Positions 17,691 to 27,516 of a DNA stretch of 64,000 nt are shown piece by piece. The translations under genes and the position numbers were made by a program. The notes under the pieces were generated by a model that saw nothing but the letters and a program-made list of their open reading frames with translations, ran no database searches and was not told the origin of the DNA. Positions within the stretch are counted from its first letter, which is position 1. Each line of letters starts with the position of its first letter. Source of the DNA: Myxococcales bacterium. Its GTDB lineage: Bacteria; Myxococcota_A; UBA9042; UBA3505. Location: the NCBI GenBank assembly GCA_002728755.1, contig PBVT01000100.1, positions 4,484-68,483 on the forward strand, in the 5' to 3' direction.

Positions 17691-20474
17691 CTAGAAATTC
17701 GTCTCCATGGACGGACCGTCGACACCTGGTGTTCCTGCATTTCCAAGCGAAGCACCGCCGGACCCACCATAGCCACCTGCTCCATCAAGGCTGACGGTAT
17801 TATTGGGTGTCCCATAGATCTCCAGATCGATATTGCCCTGGCCGACAACAAAGATTCCGGCAGCAATACCGCCGGCACCACCGCCACCACCGGCACCATG
17901 ACCTCCATCACCGCCCTGGCCACCACGACCACCTTCACGAGCGCACCAATAGTCGGAACCAGCAGGACCTTCGCCTCCACCGGGTTTGCCATCTCCACCA
18001 AGTCCGCCGGTACCACCATTCCCGCCATTTCCTCCATCACCACCAAAGCCGGTCTCGACGTAATTATTCGTCAAAGACGGAACATTGGCTGGTGGAATCG
18101 ACCAGAACATAAAGATCCCAAAGGATCCTCCGCCACCAGTTCCCGCTTGTCCCCCTGTGCCACCGCAACCTCCAGAGCCACCGCCCCCACCGGAGCCTCC
18201 GAGGTCATCACCGTGCACATTATTAAAGGAACAATTCTTAATCTCTACGCCACTTCCAGCGCCGCCGCCGCCGCCGCCGCCGCCAGCACTACCGACAGTC
18301 CCATCGCTCCCTGGCGTCGGAACCCAGAGTCCCGTCCCATCGACGAACCCATCGGCATCCATTGCACCCGCGCCCGTATCTCCAGACGCGCCATCCACGC
18401 CGTCCATTCCGTCTTCTGCATCCCAGGGAAGATCGTTCGGCGGTGTCTTGCAACTACCGCAGTTACTCGGGGAGTGGTTCATATCGTAGCCCTTTTCACC
18501 ACCTTCGCCGCCGTTCTGATCCCAGAAGGTGCCGCCATTATTGGCGCCATCGCCACCATTTTCACCATCGGATGTGTCGGCCGGTGAATATAGGGGGCAT
18601 TGGCTATCTCCACCGTCACCACCGCTGACATCCACCTCACCACAACTTAGCTCTCCGCCCTCGCCCCCATCTGTCCAATGGGTCGAATTGCAGCTCTGGG
18701 TGTTGATATCTTGTGAGTCTACGCCTGCCCCACCATCGGCCCCGTCGGATCCTGCGTCACCATCGTAACCACGGACACCTTTACCACCGTCACCAGCAAT
18801 AATTCGGTTATCTCGAACCGTGAGAGCGGCCCCGCTATTCTTCACGTAGATACCATAGGAGCTACCGCTCGTATCCTTATTGTCACGCCCAAAAACCGTG
18901 AACCCACCAAAGACCGTCTCCTCTTCATTGATCCAGGCAGCATTGACTGCGCCCGGCATCGTCTCGGTGCCGTCTGTTCCCATAATGACGGTCTCGTAGA
19001 GGATCGGATCCCAGATTTGAAAGTCCCCAGAATATCCACCGAAGACGGAGACCCCGTTCAACAGTTCAATACTCCCATTATACACACCGGTAGCCACCAA
19101 AACATCGCGCTTGCCCACGTTGGCTGCCGTGTTAATAGCTGCTTGTATCGACAGCATCGGCTCCTCAATTGTTCCCGGATTGAAGTCGCTACCATTCTTG
19201 GCAACAAAAATAGCTACGTCGATCTCGCCATCCACACCATCACAATTGGTGTCACTGCCGTCCGCCGGACCGTCGAATGCGCTGTCATATGTGCACTCAC
19301 AACCATTGGACGGGTTTCCATCCACATCCAGATATCCATCATTACAGCTATACGTGCAGAAAGGCAGATCCGCAGATACGGAATCACATGCAGGGCCCGC
19401 GTTGGGGTAAATCAGAGACGCGCAGTTGATAGAGCAACTACCGCAATGAGATACCTGGTCATAGACTCCATCTTCGTTTCGAAAGCCTTCATCGATGACC
19501 CCATCACAGTTGTCGTCGATTTCGTTACATACCTCCTGGGGAAGATTACAGGGCCCCCAGCCGGCTGCCTCACATTGCTGAATCCCGGCACAAGTCGTCG
19601 CGGGCCCCCCTTCGGAGGGTTGAAAGGTCACCTCACAACCGATGGACAGGTTGGTATTCGCCCCATCACATTCACAGGAGTTTGTTGCGGGCACACAATA
19701 AGAGCCTTCGTCACCCGATGCATCACAGACGTAGCCGTCAATACAATCCGACGCGTTTTCACATGGGGGCGCGCAATAGTCCCCATCCACCAGCTCCACG
19801 CATTTTGATCCGAGCACCGGACACTCCGCATCCATCGTGCATGGCTGACAATTACTCGTGGTAAAGGGGCAACTCCCCATATCGGGTATACAACCCCGGA
19901 ACGATTCTCCAAGGACGGGATCCTCCAGGTCACCACAGGCATACCCGTCGGGACAGTTCACATCAGAACAGTCCACCGTACAGGCCTGGGTCCCCCCGAT
20001 ATTTAAACATCTACCACCGTTACAGGAGGTGTCGGCCTGGCAAGGCTCACATAACTTCTGGAAATTCGGGATACATAGAAAGATTGGATCACCGAGAGCA
20101 TTGGCGATGGATTTACAGGCAAAGCCATCCGGACAATCTTGAAGACATTGCACCGTACAGATGTAGCCATTTACGTTCTCAACACAGAAGCCAGAGTCAC
20201 AATCAGAATTTCCCTCACATGGAGAGCCAAAACCACCAGGTACAATCGGAATATCGGCCTCCTGGACATCGGGATCCGAACCATCCGCGTTGGCTATATC
20301 CTCTGCAACAGGCAACTCTCCATCGGACGTAGACGACACGTCAGACGCGGCATCCACAGCATCCAATAGAGCGTCACTCGGCACATCGGGAGCGATCTCT
20401 ACTCCCGAGCCGGAACAGCCTATCAACAATACAATACATACGCCCCAGCCCCATCTCATGACCCGTTCTGGCAT
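17691..20474 (-). CDS. Large secreted lipoprotein: acidic linker, Cys-rich (EGF-like/myxo-type) repeats, pectin-lyase-like beta-helix, Gly-rich C-terminal tail
   Basis: 927 aa. Lipobox LLIGCSG; more than 60 Cys arranged in CxxC…C modules; beta-helix-like segment (ATGVYNGSIELLNGVSVFGGYSG…); C-terminal GGxGG repeats. The abundant GGN codons create Pro-rich antisense shadow ORFs. Confidence 0.7.
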   Translation of the reverse strand: MPERVMRWGWGVCIVLLIGCSGSGVEIAPDVPSDALLDAVDAASDVSSTSDGELPVAEDIANADGSDPDVQEADIPIVPGGFGSPCEGNSDCDSGFCVENVNGYICTVQCLQDCPDGFACKSIANALGDPIFLCIPNFQKLCEPCQADTSCNGGRCLNIGGTQACTVDCSDVNCPDGYACGDLEDPVLGESFRGCIPDMGSCPFTTSNCQPCTMDAECPVLGSKCVELVDGDYCAPPCENASDCIDGYVCDASGDEGSYCVPATNSCECDGANTNLSIGCEVTFQPSEGGPATTCAGIQQCEAAGWGPCNLPQEVCNEIDDNCDGVIDEGFRNEDGVYDQVSHCGSCSINCASLIYPNAGPACDSVSADLPFCTYSCNDGYLDVDGNPSNGCECTYDSAFDGPADGSDTNCDGVDGEIDVAIFVAKNGSDFNPGTIEEPMLSIQAAINTAANVGKRDVLVATGVYNGSIELLNGVSVFGGYSGDFQIWDPILYETVIMGTDGTETMPGAVNAAWINEEETVFGGFTVFGRDNKDTSGSSYGIYVKNSGAALTVRDNRIIAGDGGKGVRGYDGDAGSDGADGGAGVDSQDINTQSCNSTHWTDGGEGGELSCGEVDVSGGDGGDSQCPLYSPADTSDGENGGDGANNGGTFWDQNGGEGGEKGYDMNHSPSNCGSCKTPPNDLPWDAEDGMDGVDGASGDTGAGAMDADGFVDGTGLWVPTPGSDGTVGSAGGGGGGGGAGSGVEIKNCSFNNVHGDDLGGSGGGGGSGGCGGTGGQAGTGGGGSFGIFMFWSIPPANVPSLTNNYVETGFGGDGGNGGNGGTGGLGGDGKPGGGEGPAGSDYWCAREGGRGGQGGDGGHGAGGGGGAGGIAAGIFVVGQGNIDLEIYGTPNNTVSLDGAGGYGGSGGASLGNAGTPGVDGPSMETNF

Positions 20475-20647
20475 ATACTTCCTCTCGAATATTCAGACCA
20501 AACTACGAATGTAGCCTAACAAATCTGCACCAGCCCGCCCAATTCCGGTTTTTAGCCATCCGAAAAACCATGAAATTAAACCTCCGAGTGGACAGACATC
20601 CCTCTGGCATGATTTCTATAAAAGTCGGACCCGCACAGAATTAGATT

Positions 20648-22450
20648 ATGGCAATACTGACGGTTCAAAAAGAGGCCGCTTCGGGAGAATTGTTGCGGCG
20701 TGCCGTATTCAAGCGTGTAACCACGATTGGGGCCGCCTCGGACTGCGATGTGGTGCTCGAAGGTGCCGACATCGGCGATCTTCATGCGATGATTATTCTG
20801 GAAGGAACGGGCTTTGACATTGTACGAGGCCCAGACACGAATAGCCTTCTCGTCAATGGACAGAAGAAGAAAAAAGCGACCCTCGAACACGGAACCAGCG
20901 TCTCTATTGGAGGATATGAGATCCGGTTTGATCTCTTTGATGACCGGGACCCCTCCCCTCCGGCACGCTCGGATGCACTGCTCGACGCATACCGCCGATT
21001 GCATCAGTTCAGTCTGCGGCTATCAGCGACAGAGAAAGTTGAACAACTCCTGGAACGTCTACTCGACGATGTGCTCGAGCTGGCAAATGCAGAGAAGGGC
21101 TTTATCTTCTTGATCAACGAGGACGAGCCTCAACAGTTGATCGCTCGTAATATCCGATCGCCGGACAAGTCCGAGTTGGAGCAAGAGGCCTGGAGCGACA
21201 CAATTGTGCAGGAAGTCATCGAGACACGAAAGCCTGTAATCGTCTCCGATGCCATGAACGACGACGTTTTCAAGAACTCCCTCAGCGTCGTCAATATGCG
21301 ACTCACATCCGTCCTATGTGTTCCATTGCTACATCAGGAGACGTTACTCGGCGTCTTATACCTGGGTAATAATAATATTGTGAGTCTCTTCACTCCGGAG
21401 ACCCTGTCCATCATCACAGTGTTCTCTGGTCAGGCAGCCCTTTTAATACAGTCGGCCCTGCATATGCAGGAACTTCGGAGTGACCGCGACCGACTCAAGG
21501 GCGAGATTGAACAAAGAAAATACGGCAATATTGTCGGGTCATCGGAGAAAATGCGCTCTGTTTTTCAGACGATAGAGCGAGTGTCTGCTACCGATCTACC
21601 GGTATTGATTGAAGGGGAAACTGGTACCGGCAAAGAGCTGGTCGCCGCAGAATTACACCGCCGTAGCACACGAAGCGAACAGGCCTTCGTGGCCCTCAAT
21701 TGTGGTGCAATCCCGGAAAACCTGCTCGAGAGTGAGCTCTTCGGACATGTCCGCGGTGCCTTCTCTGGGGCCGTTACCAATCATCGAGGCTTTTTCGAGC
21801 GAGCCGACGGGAGCACCCTTTTTCTCGACGAAATCGGAGAACTCCCGGTCAAACTTCAGGTGAAGCTGCTGCGTGTTCTGGAGGAAAAGATAGTACGACC
21901 GGTAGGGGCGGAGAAGGGTAAATCTATCGACGTACGGATCGTCGCGGCTACGAACCGAAACGTAGAAGAGCTGGTCAAGGAAGGATTATTTCGCGAAGAT
22001 TTATTCTATCGCCTCAACGGCATTCGGCTTGCTCTTCCGCCGTTACGCGATCGTGATGAGGACGTGGTGCTCATCGCGCGTGCTCTCCTCTCCATGTACG
22101 CCAAGGATATGAATTCTAACGTAAAGGGTTTTCACACCAGCGGTATTGCTGCCCTCCTGGCATTTGATTGGCCAGGCAACGTACGTCAGCTTGAGAACCG
22201 TATTCGAAAAGCTTTAATCCTGGCCGATGGCTCTCTTATCACCGATAAGGACCTCGGATTAGAGAATACAGAGATCGTCGCTGTGACCTCCCTATCCGAG
22301 GCCAAAGAACAATTCGCGCGAGATTACGTCTTGCGAATTTTGAACCTTAACAATGGGAATCGGGCCAAGACTGCGAAAGAGCTCGGAGTAGACCCGAGGA
22401 CGATTTACCGTTACCTAAATAAAGATACCCAGCCCCCCGATCCCTCCTGA
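20648..22450 (+). CDS. Sigma54-dependent transcriptional activator with N-terminal FHA and GAF domains
   Basis: FHA region (…TIGAASDCDVVLEG…), GAF domain, AAA+ sigma54-interaction domain (GETGTGKE…, GAFSGA motif, ESELFGH) and a C-terminal Fis-type HTH. Confidence 0.85.
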   Translation: MAILTVQKEAASGELLRRAVFKRVTTIGAASDCDVVLEGADIGDLHAMIILEGTGFDIVRGPDTNSLLVNGQKKKKATLEHGTSVSIGGYEIRFDLFDDRDPSPPARSDALLDAYRRLHQFSLRLSATEKVEQLLERLLDDVLELANAEKGFIFLINEDEPQQLIARNIRSPDKSELEQEAWSDTIVQEVIETRKPVIVSDAMNDDVFKNSLSVVNMRLTSVLCVPLLHQETLLGVLYLGNNNIVSLFTPETLSIITVFSGQAALLIQSALHMQELRSDRDRLKGEIEQRKYGNIVGSSEKMRSVFQTIERVSATDLPVLIEGETGTGKELVAAELHRRSTRSEQAFVALNCGAIPENLLESELFGHVRGAFSGAVTNHRGFFERADGSTLFLDEIGELPVKLQVKLLRVLEEKIVRPVGAEKGKSIDVRIVAATNRNVEELVKEGLFREDLFYRLNGIRLALPPLRDRDEDVVLIARALLSMYAKDMNSNVKGFHTSGIAALLAFDWPGNVRQLENRIRKALILADGSLITDKDLGLENTEIVAVTSLSEAKEQFARDYVLRILNLNNGNRAKTAKELGVDPRTIYRYLNKDTQPPDPS

Positions 22451-22472
22451 ACAGGGAACTGAACCAATTCGT

Positions 22473-22979
22473 ATGAGCCATCTTTTCGGACCACTTCTGA
22501 CATATCTGAGCCGCTCGTGCGCTCTTCTGGTCCTGTATGGAATGACGACAGGGTGCCTGATACCTGGACCTATCGAGGAAGAGGGGTCCCAAAACAATCC
22601 TCTGGTTGTACACCTGGAGGCGATATCTCCGTCGGCAGAGCTGAAAGTCTCTATGAATCGCGCCGATGGGACCGTCGTATTTTCTGTTCCCGAAGGATCG
22701 GCGGTCGAAGATCCGGATGGCGATCCCCTGATCTATGTCTGGTATCTGAACTATAATATTCTGGCACCATCGTTCGAGCTGGAGTTCAGTGACAGCTACC
22801 TTCTTAGCCCTTGCTCCAAAGAGATCTTCAAAAGCCAGGACTCTTTTACCCTGACGACCATTGTCAGCGACCGCCCCCTTCAGCTCGATTCCGAGCACCC
22901 TGATCTCCGAACCTTTGAGGAAGGGGCGTCCACGTTTACCGTTGATTGGGACATCGAGCTGTACGGTGATTGTCCATGA
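22473..22979 (+). CDS. Hypothetical lipoprotein
   Basis: Lipobox LVLYGMTTGC; starts 22 nt after the activator gene; no recognisable family. Confidence 0.5.
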   Translation: MSHLFGPLLTYLSRSCALLVLYGMTTGCLIPGPIEEEGSQNNPLVVHLEAISPSAELKVSMNRADGTVVFSVPEGSAVEDPDGDPLIYVWYLNYNILAPSFELEFSDSYLLSPCSKEIFKSQDSFTLTTIVSDRPLQLDSEHPDLRTFEEGASTFTVDWDIELYGDCP

Positions 22980-24652
22980 CCGCACGGTACCGGTTATTAC
23001 GTTCTATACCGTGCATAATCGTCCTCTTATCGCTGATACAGGGCTGCGGCGGCAGCGCTGTTACGCCACCGGACAAGGAATGTGATTCGCAAAACCCCTG
23101 CCCGGGCTTTACCCTCTGCCATCTTGAGGTCAATCGTTGTACAGCACCGGCGGCACTACCGGACGTCGTCTATATTGAAATCCAACCCGCCCCCAAGATC
23201 TATCCTCGTCTCCATATGTATTCACTGAGCACCGCCGAGATGCTGGCGGAGCCCGTGATAGGAGTGCAACTGGAACGACCCGTTCTTATGAGGGGCCGAC
23301 TGTACGAAACCAACAGTATTGGCCAAGCCAGCTCTTCCCTGCTGCCATCCACCGTCAGTCTTCTCCCAGAGAGCCAATCAGACCGTCCGCTTCCACGTAT
23401 GCTGGTTCGATCCCTTGGGGGTGAAGGTGTAGATAGCGATGGATTCCGTATCTGGCTCCAGCCCGACCAAACCTACACAATGGACGTCATCCCAGACAAA
23501 ACCGAACTTCCACCACTTCGTACAACCCAGGTTCTGGGTAATGAAGTAGAGGCGATCGTGGAGGTTGAAGTGCCCGGTATCAACTCCCTCTCACCGGTAC
23601 TCGTCGAACTGCGAGATCCCAACGATGTGTCGCTCACAGGCGCTGCGGTGGTGCTACACGATAGCGAAGGGGTTCGGGTCTCTGGCATGGCCTATACAGA
23701 TGAAAGCGGCTCGGCATTACTGCACCTGAACAAGGACGCCATCTCTCCTTTAACCGTCGTCGTTCGCGACCTCAACAACGCCCCCGGTAGCAGCTACGAG
23801 GCCGAGCTCGACATCGACCCGTTTGTTGGAGGGGACGCGGGTGTATTGACCGTGCCGGTCGATCCGCCCAGCCTGCTACAGATCATCGTGCGAGGAGAAG
23901 AGCCGGCCAAGAATGTTCCCATTCGTGGTGCGTTCATTACAGTGACAAGACTTACTCCGGGAATCCAACAGGTTGTACATCTGACCACGGACTCCGAGGG
24001 TGTAGCTTTCTTCGATCAACTACAGCCTGGGCTCCACATCGTCACCGCGTTGCCCCCACCAAACCAACCCTTCCAGGTGAGCACCCGCGCCATCTGGGTG
24101 CAGTCGAATCAGGAACATACGACACAACTTACCTGCCAACCTCGAATTCAAATGAATGGTGTGGTCTACACTTCACGCGGAGCTCTGTTATCTGGTTTCC
24201 GTGTTCGCGACCTGGCTCCTCTGAACCTTTCTCTCCCGCAACCGCATCGTATCGATCGCGGGACGGTCGCAACAACGGACGAAGGTGGCGTCTATGAGTT
24301 CCTTGTCGGTACGGGACAACACCAGGTGATCATCAACAGTCCTGACACATCCTACCCTCCGGAATTCCGAACCCTCGAAATCAGCCCGGAATTTCCGGAA
24401 GCGCTCATTACTCTCGATGTAGAACTGCCCGTTCCTTTCCTTCGCGTTTTTGAGCTTACCGATTTCGATGGAACTCCCTTGACGGGTGCTAACGTAAAGC
24501 TCGCGTGGCCCGACCCCGATGAGCCCACCGGCTTCTCTACCCAGACGGGGACATCCGACGCTGAGGGGCGGGTGTTATTCGCGCTACCAGGAATGGGTAA
24601 CGCTACCGAGAGCAGCGAAGACAGCGGGGCGCAAGCTGGTTTCGCCCCCTGA
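22970..24652 (+). CDS. Hypothetical lipoprotein with repeated CarboxypepD_reg-like (transthyretin/Ig-like) beta-sandwich domains
   Basis: Lipobox LSLIQGC. Repeated segments of the form GAxVxLxDxxGxxVxxxxTDxxGxAxF. Overlaps the preceding ORF by 10 nt, suggesting an operon. Confidence 0.5.
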   Translation: MSMTARYRLLRSIPCIIVLLSLIQGCGGSAVTPPDKECDSQNPCPGFTLCHLEVNRCTAPAALPDVVYIEIQPAPKIYPRLHMYSLSTAEMLAEPVIGVQLERPVLMRGRLYETNSIGQASSSLLPSTVSLLPESQSDRPLPRMLVRSLGGEGVDSDGFRIWLQPDQTYTMDVIPDKTELPPLRTTQVLGNEVEAIVEVEVPGINSLSPVLVELRDPNDVSLTGAAVVLHDSEGVRVSGMAYTDESGSALLHLNKDAISPLTVVVRDLNNAPGSSYEAELDIDPFVGGDAGVLTVPVDPPSLLQIIVRGEEPAKNVPIRGAFITVTRLTPGIQQVVHLTTDSEGVAFFDQLQPGLHIVTALPPPNQPFQVSTRAIWVQSNQEHTTQLTCQPRIQMNGVVYTSRGALLSGFRVRDLAPLNLSLPQPHRIDRGTVATTDEGGVYEFLVGTGQHQVIINSPDTSYPPEFRTLEISPEFPEALITLDVELPVPFLRVFELTDFDGTPLTGANVKLAWPDPDEPTGFSTQTGTSDAEGRVLFALPGMGNATESSEDSGAQAGFAP

Positions 24653-24661
24653 GAACATAGA

Positions 24662-24940
24662 CTACCGCTTCCCTTTGGTCGGTTTCTTTTTCTTCAAAGA
24701 TTTGCGGTAGACCGCTTCTGTTCGTCGACACATTGCGTCCGACATTGACCGGGAATCTTTCTTCAATCGTTTCGTGTATCGGGCACATAACTCGGGAGAC
24801 GGCCGTTTACTGCATACGGTGTCCAATAGTGCTTTACAGGAATCGGAGCTGCACCCTGCGCTCATCGTAAGAAAGAGCGCGAGAATCGTCGCCAGACCTC
24901 GCCCCTTTAGAGATAACGACCTCATGATTCCTTCTTCCAT
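24662..24940 (-). CDS. Small Lys-rich lipoprotein, hypothetical
   Basis: 92 aa; lipobox LTMSAGC; basic C-terminal tail. Confidence 0.4.
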   Translation of the reverse strand: MEEGIMRSLSLKGRGLATILALFLTMSAGCSSDSCKALLDTVCSKRPSPELCARYTKRLKKDSRSMSDAMCRRTEAVYRKSLKKKKPTKGKR

Positions 24941-26586
24941 TGTGCGCCTTCTTCAATCTCCGCAAGATACCGTTCTTGATCGCGTAGGACCCAGGTAGCA
25001 TCTCGCTCAAGAAGTTCCCCTATACGCTTAGACACGTCCTCGGCTATTGCCTTTCCCTGATCGGGCGCCAGAAAGAAAACACGTGTTCGGCGCCGCAAGA
25101 CATCCGATGTCGTCCGGGCAAAGCCTTCTCGAACCGCGGCATCGACATCCCCCCAAACATAGGGGAGCCCATCCACCAGACGTTTCATACCATCAGCCGT
25201 GGCCTCAAACGCCTCCAGATGGTTGCCCGCGCGGTTTCCATATGTTCGTAGAAAATGTTCGGCCTGGTCCGCATCCACTCCATACAGTTTCACCAACCGT
25301 TGCTGCGCAGATAGGACCTTCCCGAATTTTTCCAATCCTACGGCCTCCTTCAACGGAACCCGCGAAGTTCGACATTTTGTGGGTTGCCCTTTGCGCCACG
25401 TCTTCGTGACCCGAAGGAACGTATTCAACGCCTCCATCGCCATCGAGCGACAGGTCGTATATTTCCCACCACAGATCGTCACCACACCATCGGACCGGCT
25501 AAAGATCTCATGCTCCCTGCTGGTGCTATAGGCGCTCTTCCCCGGCTGATGCACAAGCGGACGAAGTCCCGCATACGTGGAGCATATATCGTCTTCTGTC
25601 AGCGCCAATTCCGAGAAATACTCCTGCACTGTCGCCATGAGGTATTCCACATCCTCCCGGCTCGCCTGCACATTGGAGGCATCTCCGTTGAAGTCGGTGT
25701 CCGTTGTCCCAAATAACGTCCCTGGGCCCCACGGAATCGCAAAATTAACACGACCGTCTACGACCGAATTCAACACGACGGCGTGTTCCAGAGGAAATCG
25801 GTCCCGGGCAAATACCAGGTGCGCCCCCTTTGTCGGGCGAACTCGACTCGTAGAAGACGCATCGTCCGCTCGCATCACATCATCCGTAAAGGGGCCCGCA
25901 GCATGGATCACACCTTGGACGCGCACCGTGAATTCGGCTCCTGTCTCTTCATCATGAAGACGGGCGGCGACCACCCTGTCATCCACCGTCTCTCCTCCAC
26001 GATATGTCATCTGATTCAAACAAACGGCCCCATACTTTACGGCATCTTTTATCATCGCGACGGTAAGCAGGGCATCATCCGCGCTTGCATCGTAATAGAA
26101 GCCCGCTCCCACCAGCCGTTGTTTTTTTAGTCGCGGTGAAAGGTTCGCCACCGCAGCTTTCCCAGGCATTCGGTGAAACTTATAACTCCGCCCAAGAGAG
26201 AGCACATCGTATAGCGTCAGGCCCAGACTGATCTCAAACATCGAGCGTCGGGCACCTTTGTAGATTGGGTATACAAAGGACAACGGTCGAACCAGATGGC
26301 CTGCTATTTTGGATAGCACTGCCCTCTCTCTCGTTGCCTCCATCACCAGGCCAAAATGTGCTTGTTCCAGGTACCGAATTCCACCGTGGATCAGCTTGGA
26401 GGAACGACTGCTGGTCGCGTGACCGAAATCAACCTTCTCCACCAGACATACAGGTATGCCACGCATCGCCGCATCGCGAGCGATACAGGCACCCGTAATG
26501 CCACCGCCCACTACGAGAAGCCATTCGCAATCGTCGCGTAACTTTGTCAGCGCTTCCGCTCGCCCGATTGTATGTGCAGACTCCAT
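24922..26586 (-). CDS. glpD: FAD-dependent glycerol-3-phosphate dehydrogenase
   Basis: FAD-binding fold VVGGGITGACIARD, GlpD family length of 554 aa, and a C-terminal alpha-helical domain. Confidence 0.8.
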   Translation of the reverse strand: MESAHTIGRAEALTKLRDDCEWLLVVGGGITGACIARDAAMRGIPVCLVEKVDFGHATSSRSSKLIHGGIRYLEQAHFGLVMEATRERAVLSKIAGHLVRPLSFVYPIYKGARRSMFEISLGLTLYDVLSLGRSYKFHRMPGKAAVANLSPRLKKQRLVGAGFYYDASADDALLTVAMIKDAVKYGAVCLNQMTYRGGETVDDRVVAARLHDEETGAEFTVRVQGVIHAAGPFTDDVMRADDASSTSRVRPTKGAHLVFARDRFPLEHAVVLNSVVDGRVNFAIPWGPGTLFGTTDTDFNGDASNVQASREDVEYLMATVQEYFSELALTEDDICSTYAGLRPLVHQPGKSAYSTSREHEIFSRSDGVVTICGGKYTTCRSMAMEALNTFLRVTKTWRKGQPTKCRTSRVPLKEAVGLEKFGKVLSAQQRLVKLYGVDADQAEHFLRTYGNRAGNHLEAFEATADGMKRLVDGLPYVWGDVDAAVREGFARTTSDVLRRRTRVFFLAPDQGKAIAEDVSKRIGELLERDATWVLRDQERYLAEIEEGAQWKKES

Positions 26587-26614
26587 CGTTTGTTTCGTCC
26601 TCGGGTTCTATCCT

Positions 26615-27421
26615 CTACCGATAGGCTTTTCGCCAGGCTGCAAAATCGGCCGGGAGCCGCTTCCCTGTAATTTTAATCAGGGCCTTATGTGCCCTGGACT
26701 TCACAAAGGAATTGGGATCCAACAACGACGCAATAAGATCCTGCACGGCCGCCTTAGCACGTAAATCCCGTAGGGCGCTAATAGCAGCCAGCTTCACTTC
26801 CGTCACGGGGTGGGTCAGTAATTTTCGTAGCGGTTCAATCGCGCGTTTGTCTCGGCGATCTCCAAGATACTTGGCCGCCTTCTCCAGAACACCGTCGTTT
26901 TTGTCCGTTGTAAGACGGTTCAAAAGTAGATCATTGAAACGCTTATCCTTACTCCGGCCAGCCGACGCGACCAGGTTGGTGCGAACATCGGGATCATGCT
27001 CCACATCTATCCTCTTTGCGATGGCCTCAACGACCGTCTGCGGGAGCTTCTTCTTGGCATCTTTATGTATACGCACCAGAAGTTTCCCACAATTGGAACG
27101 CACATTTGCGTGCGGGTGAGCCAGACCATTGATCAAGGCCGGCACCCCCTCACTCATGCGATTGCTCAATTTATCCAATACTGGTTTGGCTTCATGGGCC
27201 TCCACCAGAGACCCGATCAAAGCAACGATCTCCCGATCCGAACTAATAAATGGCGGGGGTGGAGGCTGCTTCCGGGGAGGTGTTTTCTCAGGGGCCTCAT
27301 CCTGTTGTATATCTTCACCTGGCTCCTGTGCTGAAGAACCCGTGTTGTCGTCTTTGGATTTTCCGCAGCTGATCAAAGCAATAAGACTGATCGCTACCAG
27401 AATCCTCATTTTGTCACGCAT
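26615..27421 (-). CDS. HEAT-repeat (PBS-lyase-like) lipoprotein
   Basis: Lipobox LIALISCG; several HEAT/PBS repeats (…DPDVRTNLVASAGR… and others). Confidence 0.65.
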   Translation of the reverse strand: MRDKMRILVAISLIALISCGKSKDDNTGSSAQEPGEDIQQDEAPEKTPPRKQPPPPPFISSDREIVALIGSLVEAHEAKPVLDKLSNRMSEGVPALINGLAHPHANVRSNCGKLLVRIHKDAKKKLPQTVVEAIAKRIDVEHDPDVRTNLVASAGRSKDKRFNDLLLNRLTTDKNDGVLEKAAKYLGDRRDKRAIEPLRKLLTHPVTEVKLAAISALRDLRAKAAVQDLIASLLDPNSFVKSRAHKALIKITGKRLPADFAAWRKAYR

Positions 27422-27516
27422 ATCTGACTCCTGATGATCCAACACCGTATCCGTAAAGGTGGAATCCGCCTACGTCAACTGGTTTTCGGTCCCCTGGCGA
27501 CAGGAGCCTTTAGACT

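Noticed and set aside
17394-18587. 397-aa plus-strand ORF, together with the 134-aa Pro-rich ORF 18085..18489 and the His/Arg-rich ORFs at 17807..18112 and 18362..18628
   Set aside because: All are antisense to the Gly-rich (GGN-codon) tail of the 927-aa lipoprotein gene. Their poly-Pro, His and Arg low-complexity translations are the expected shadow of GGN/GCN codons, so they are artefacts.
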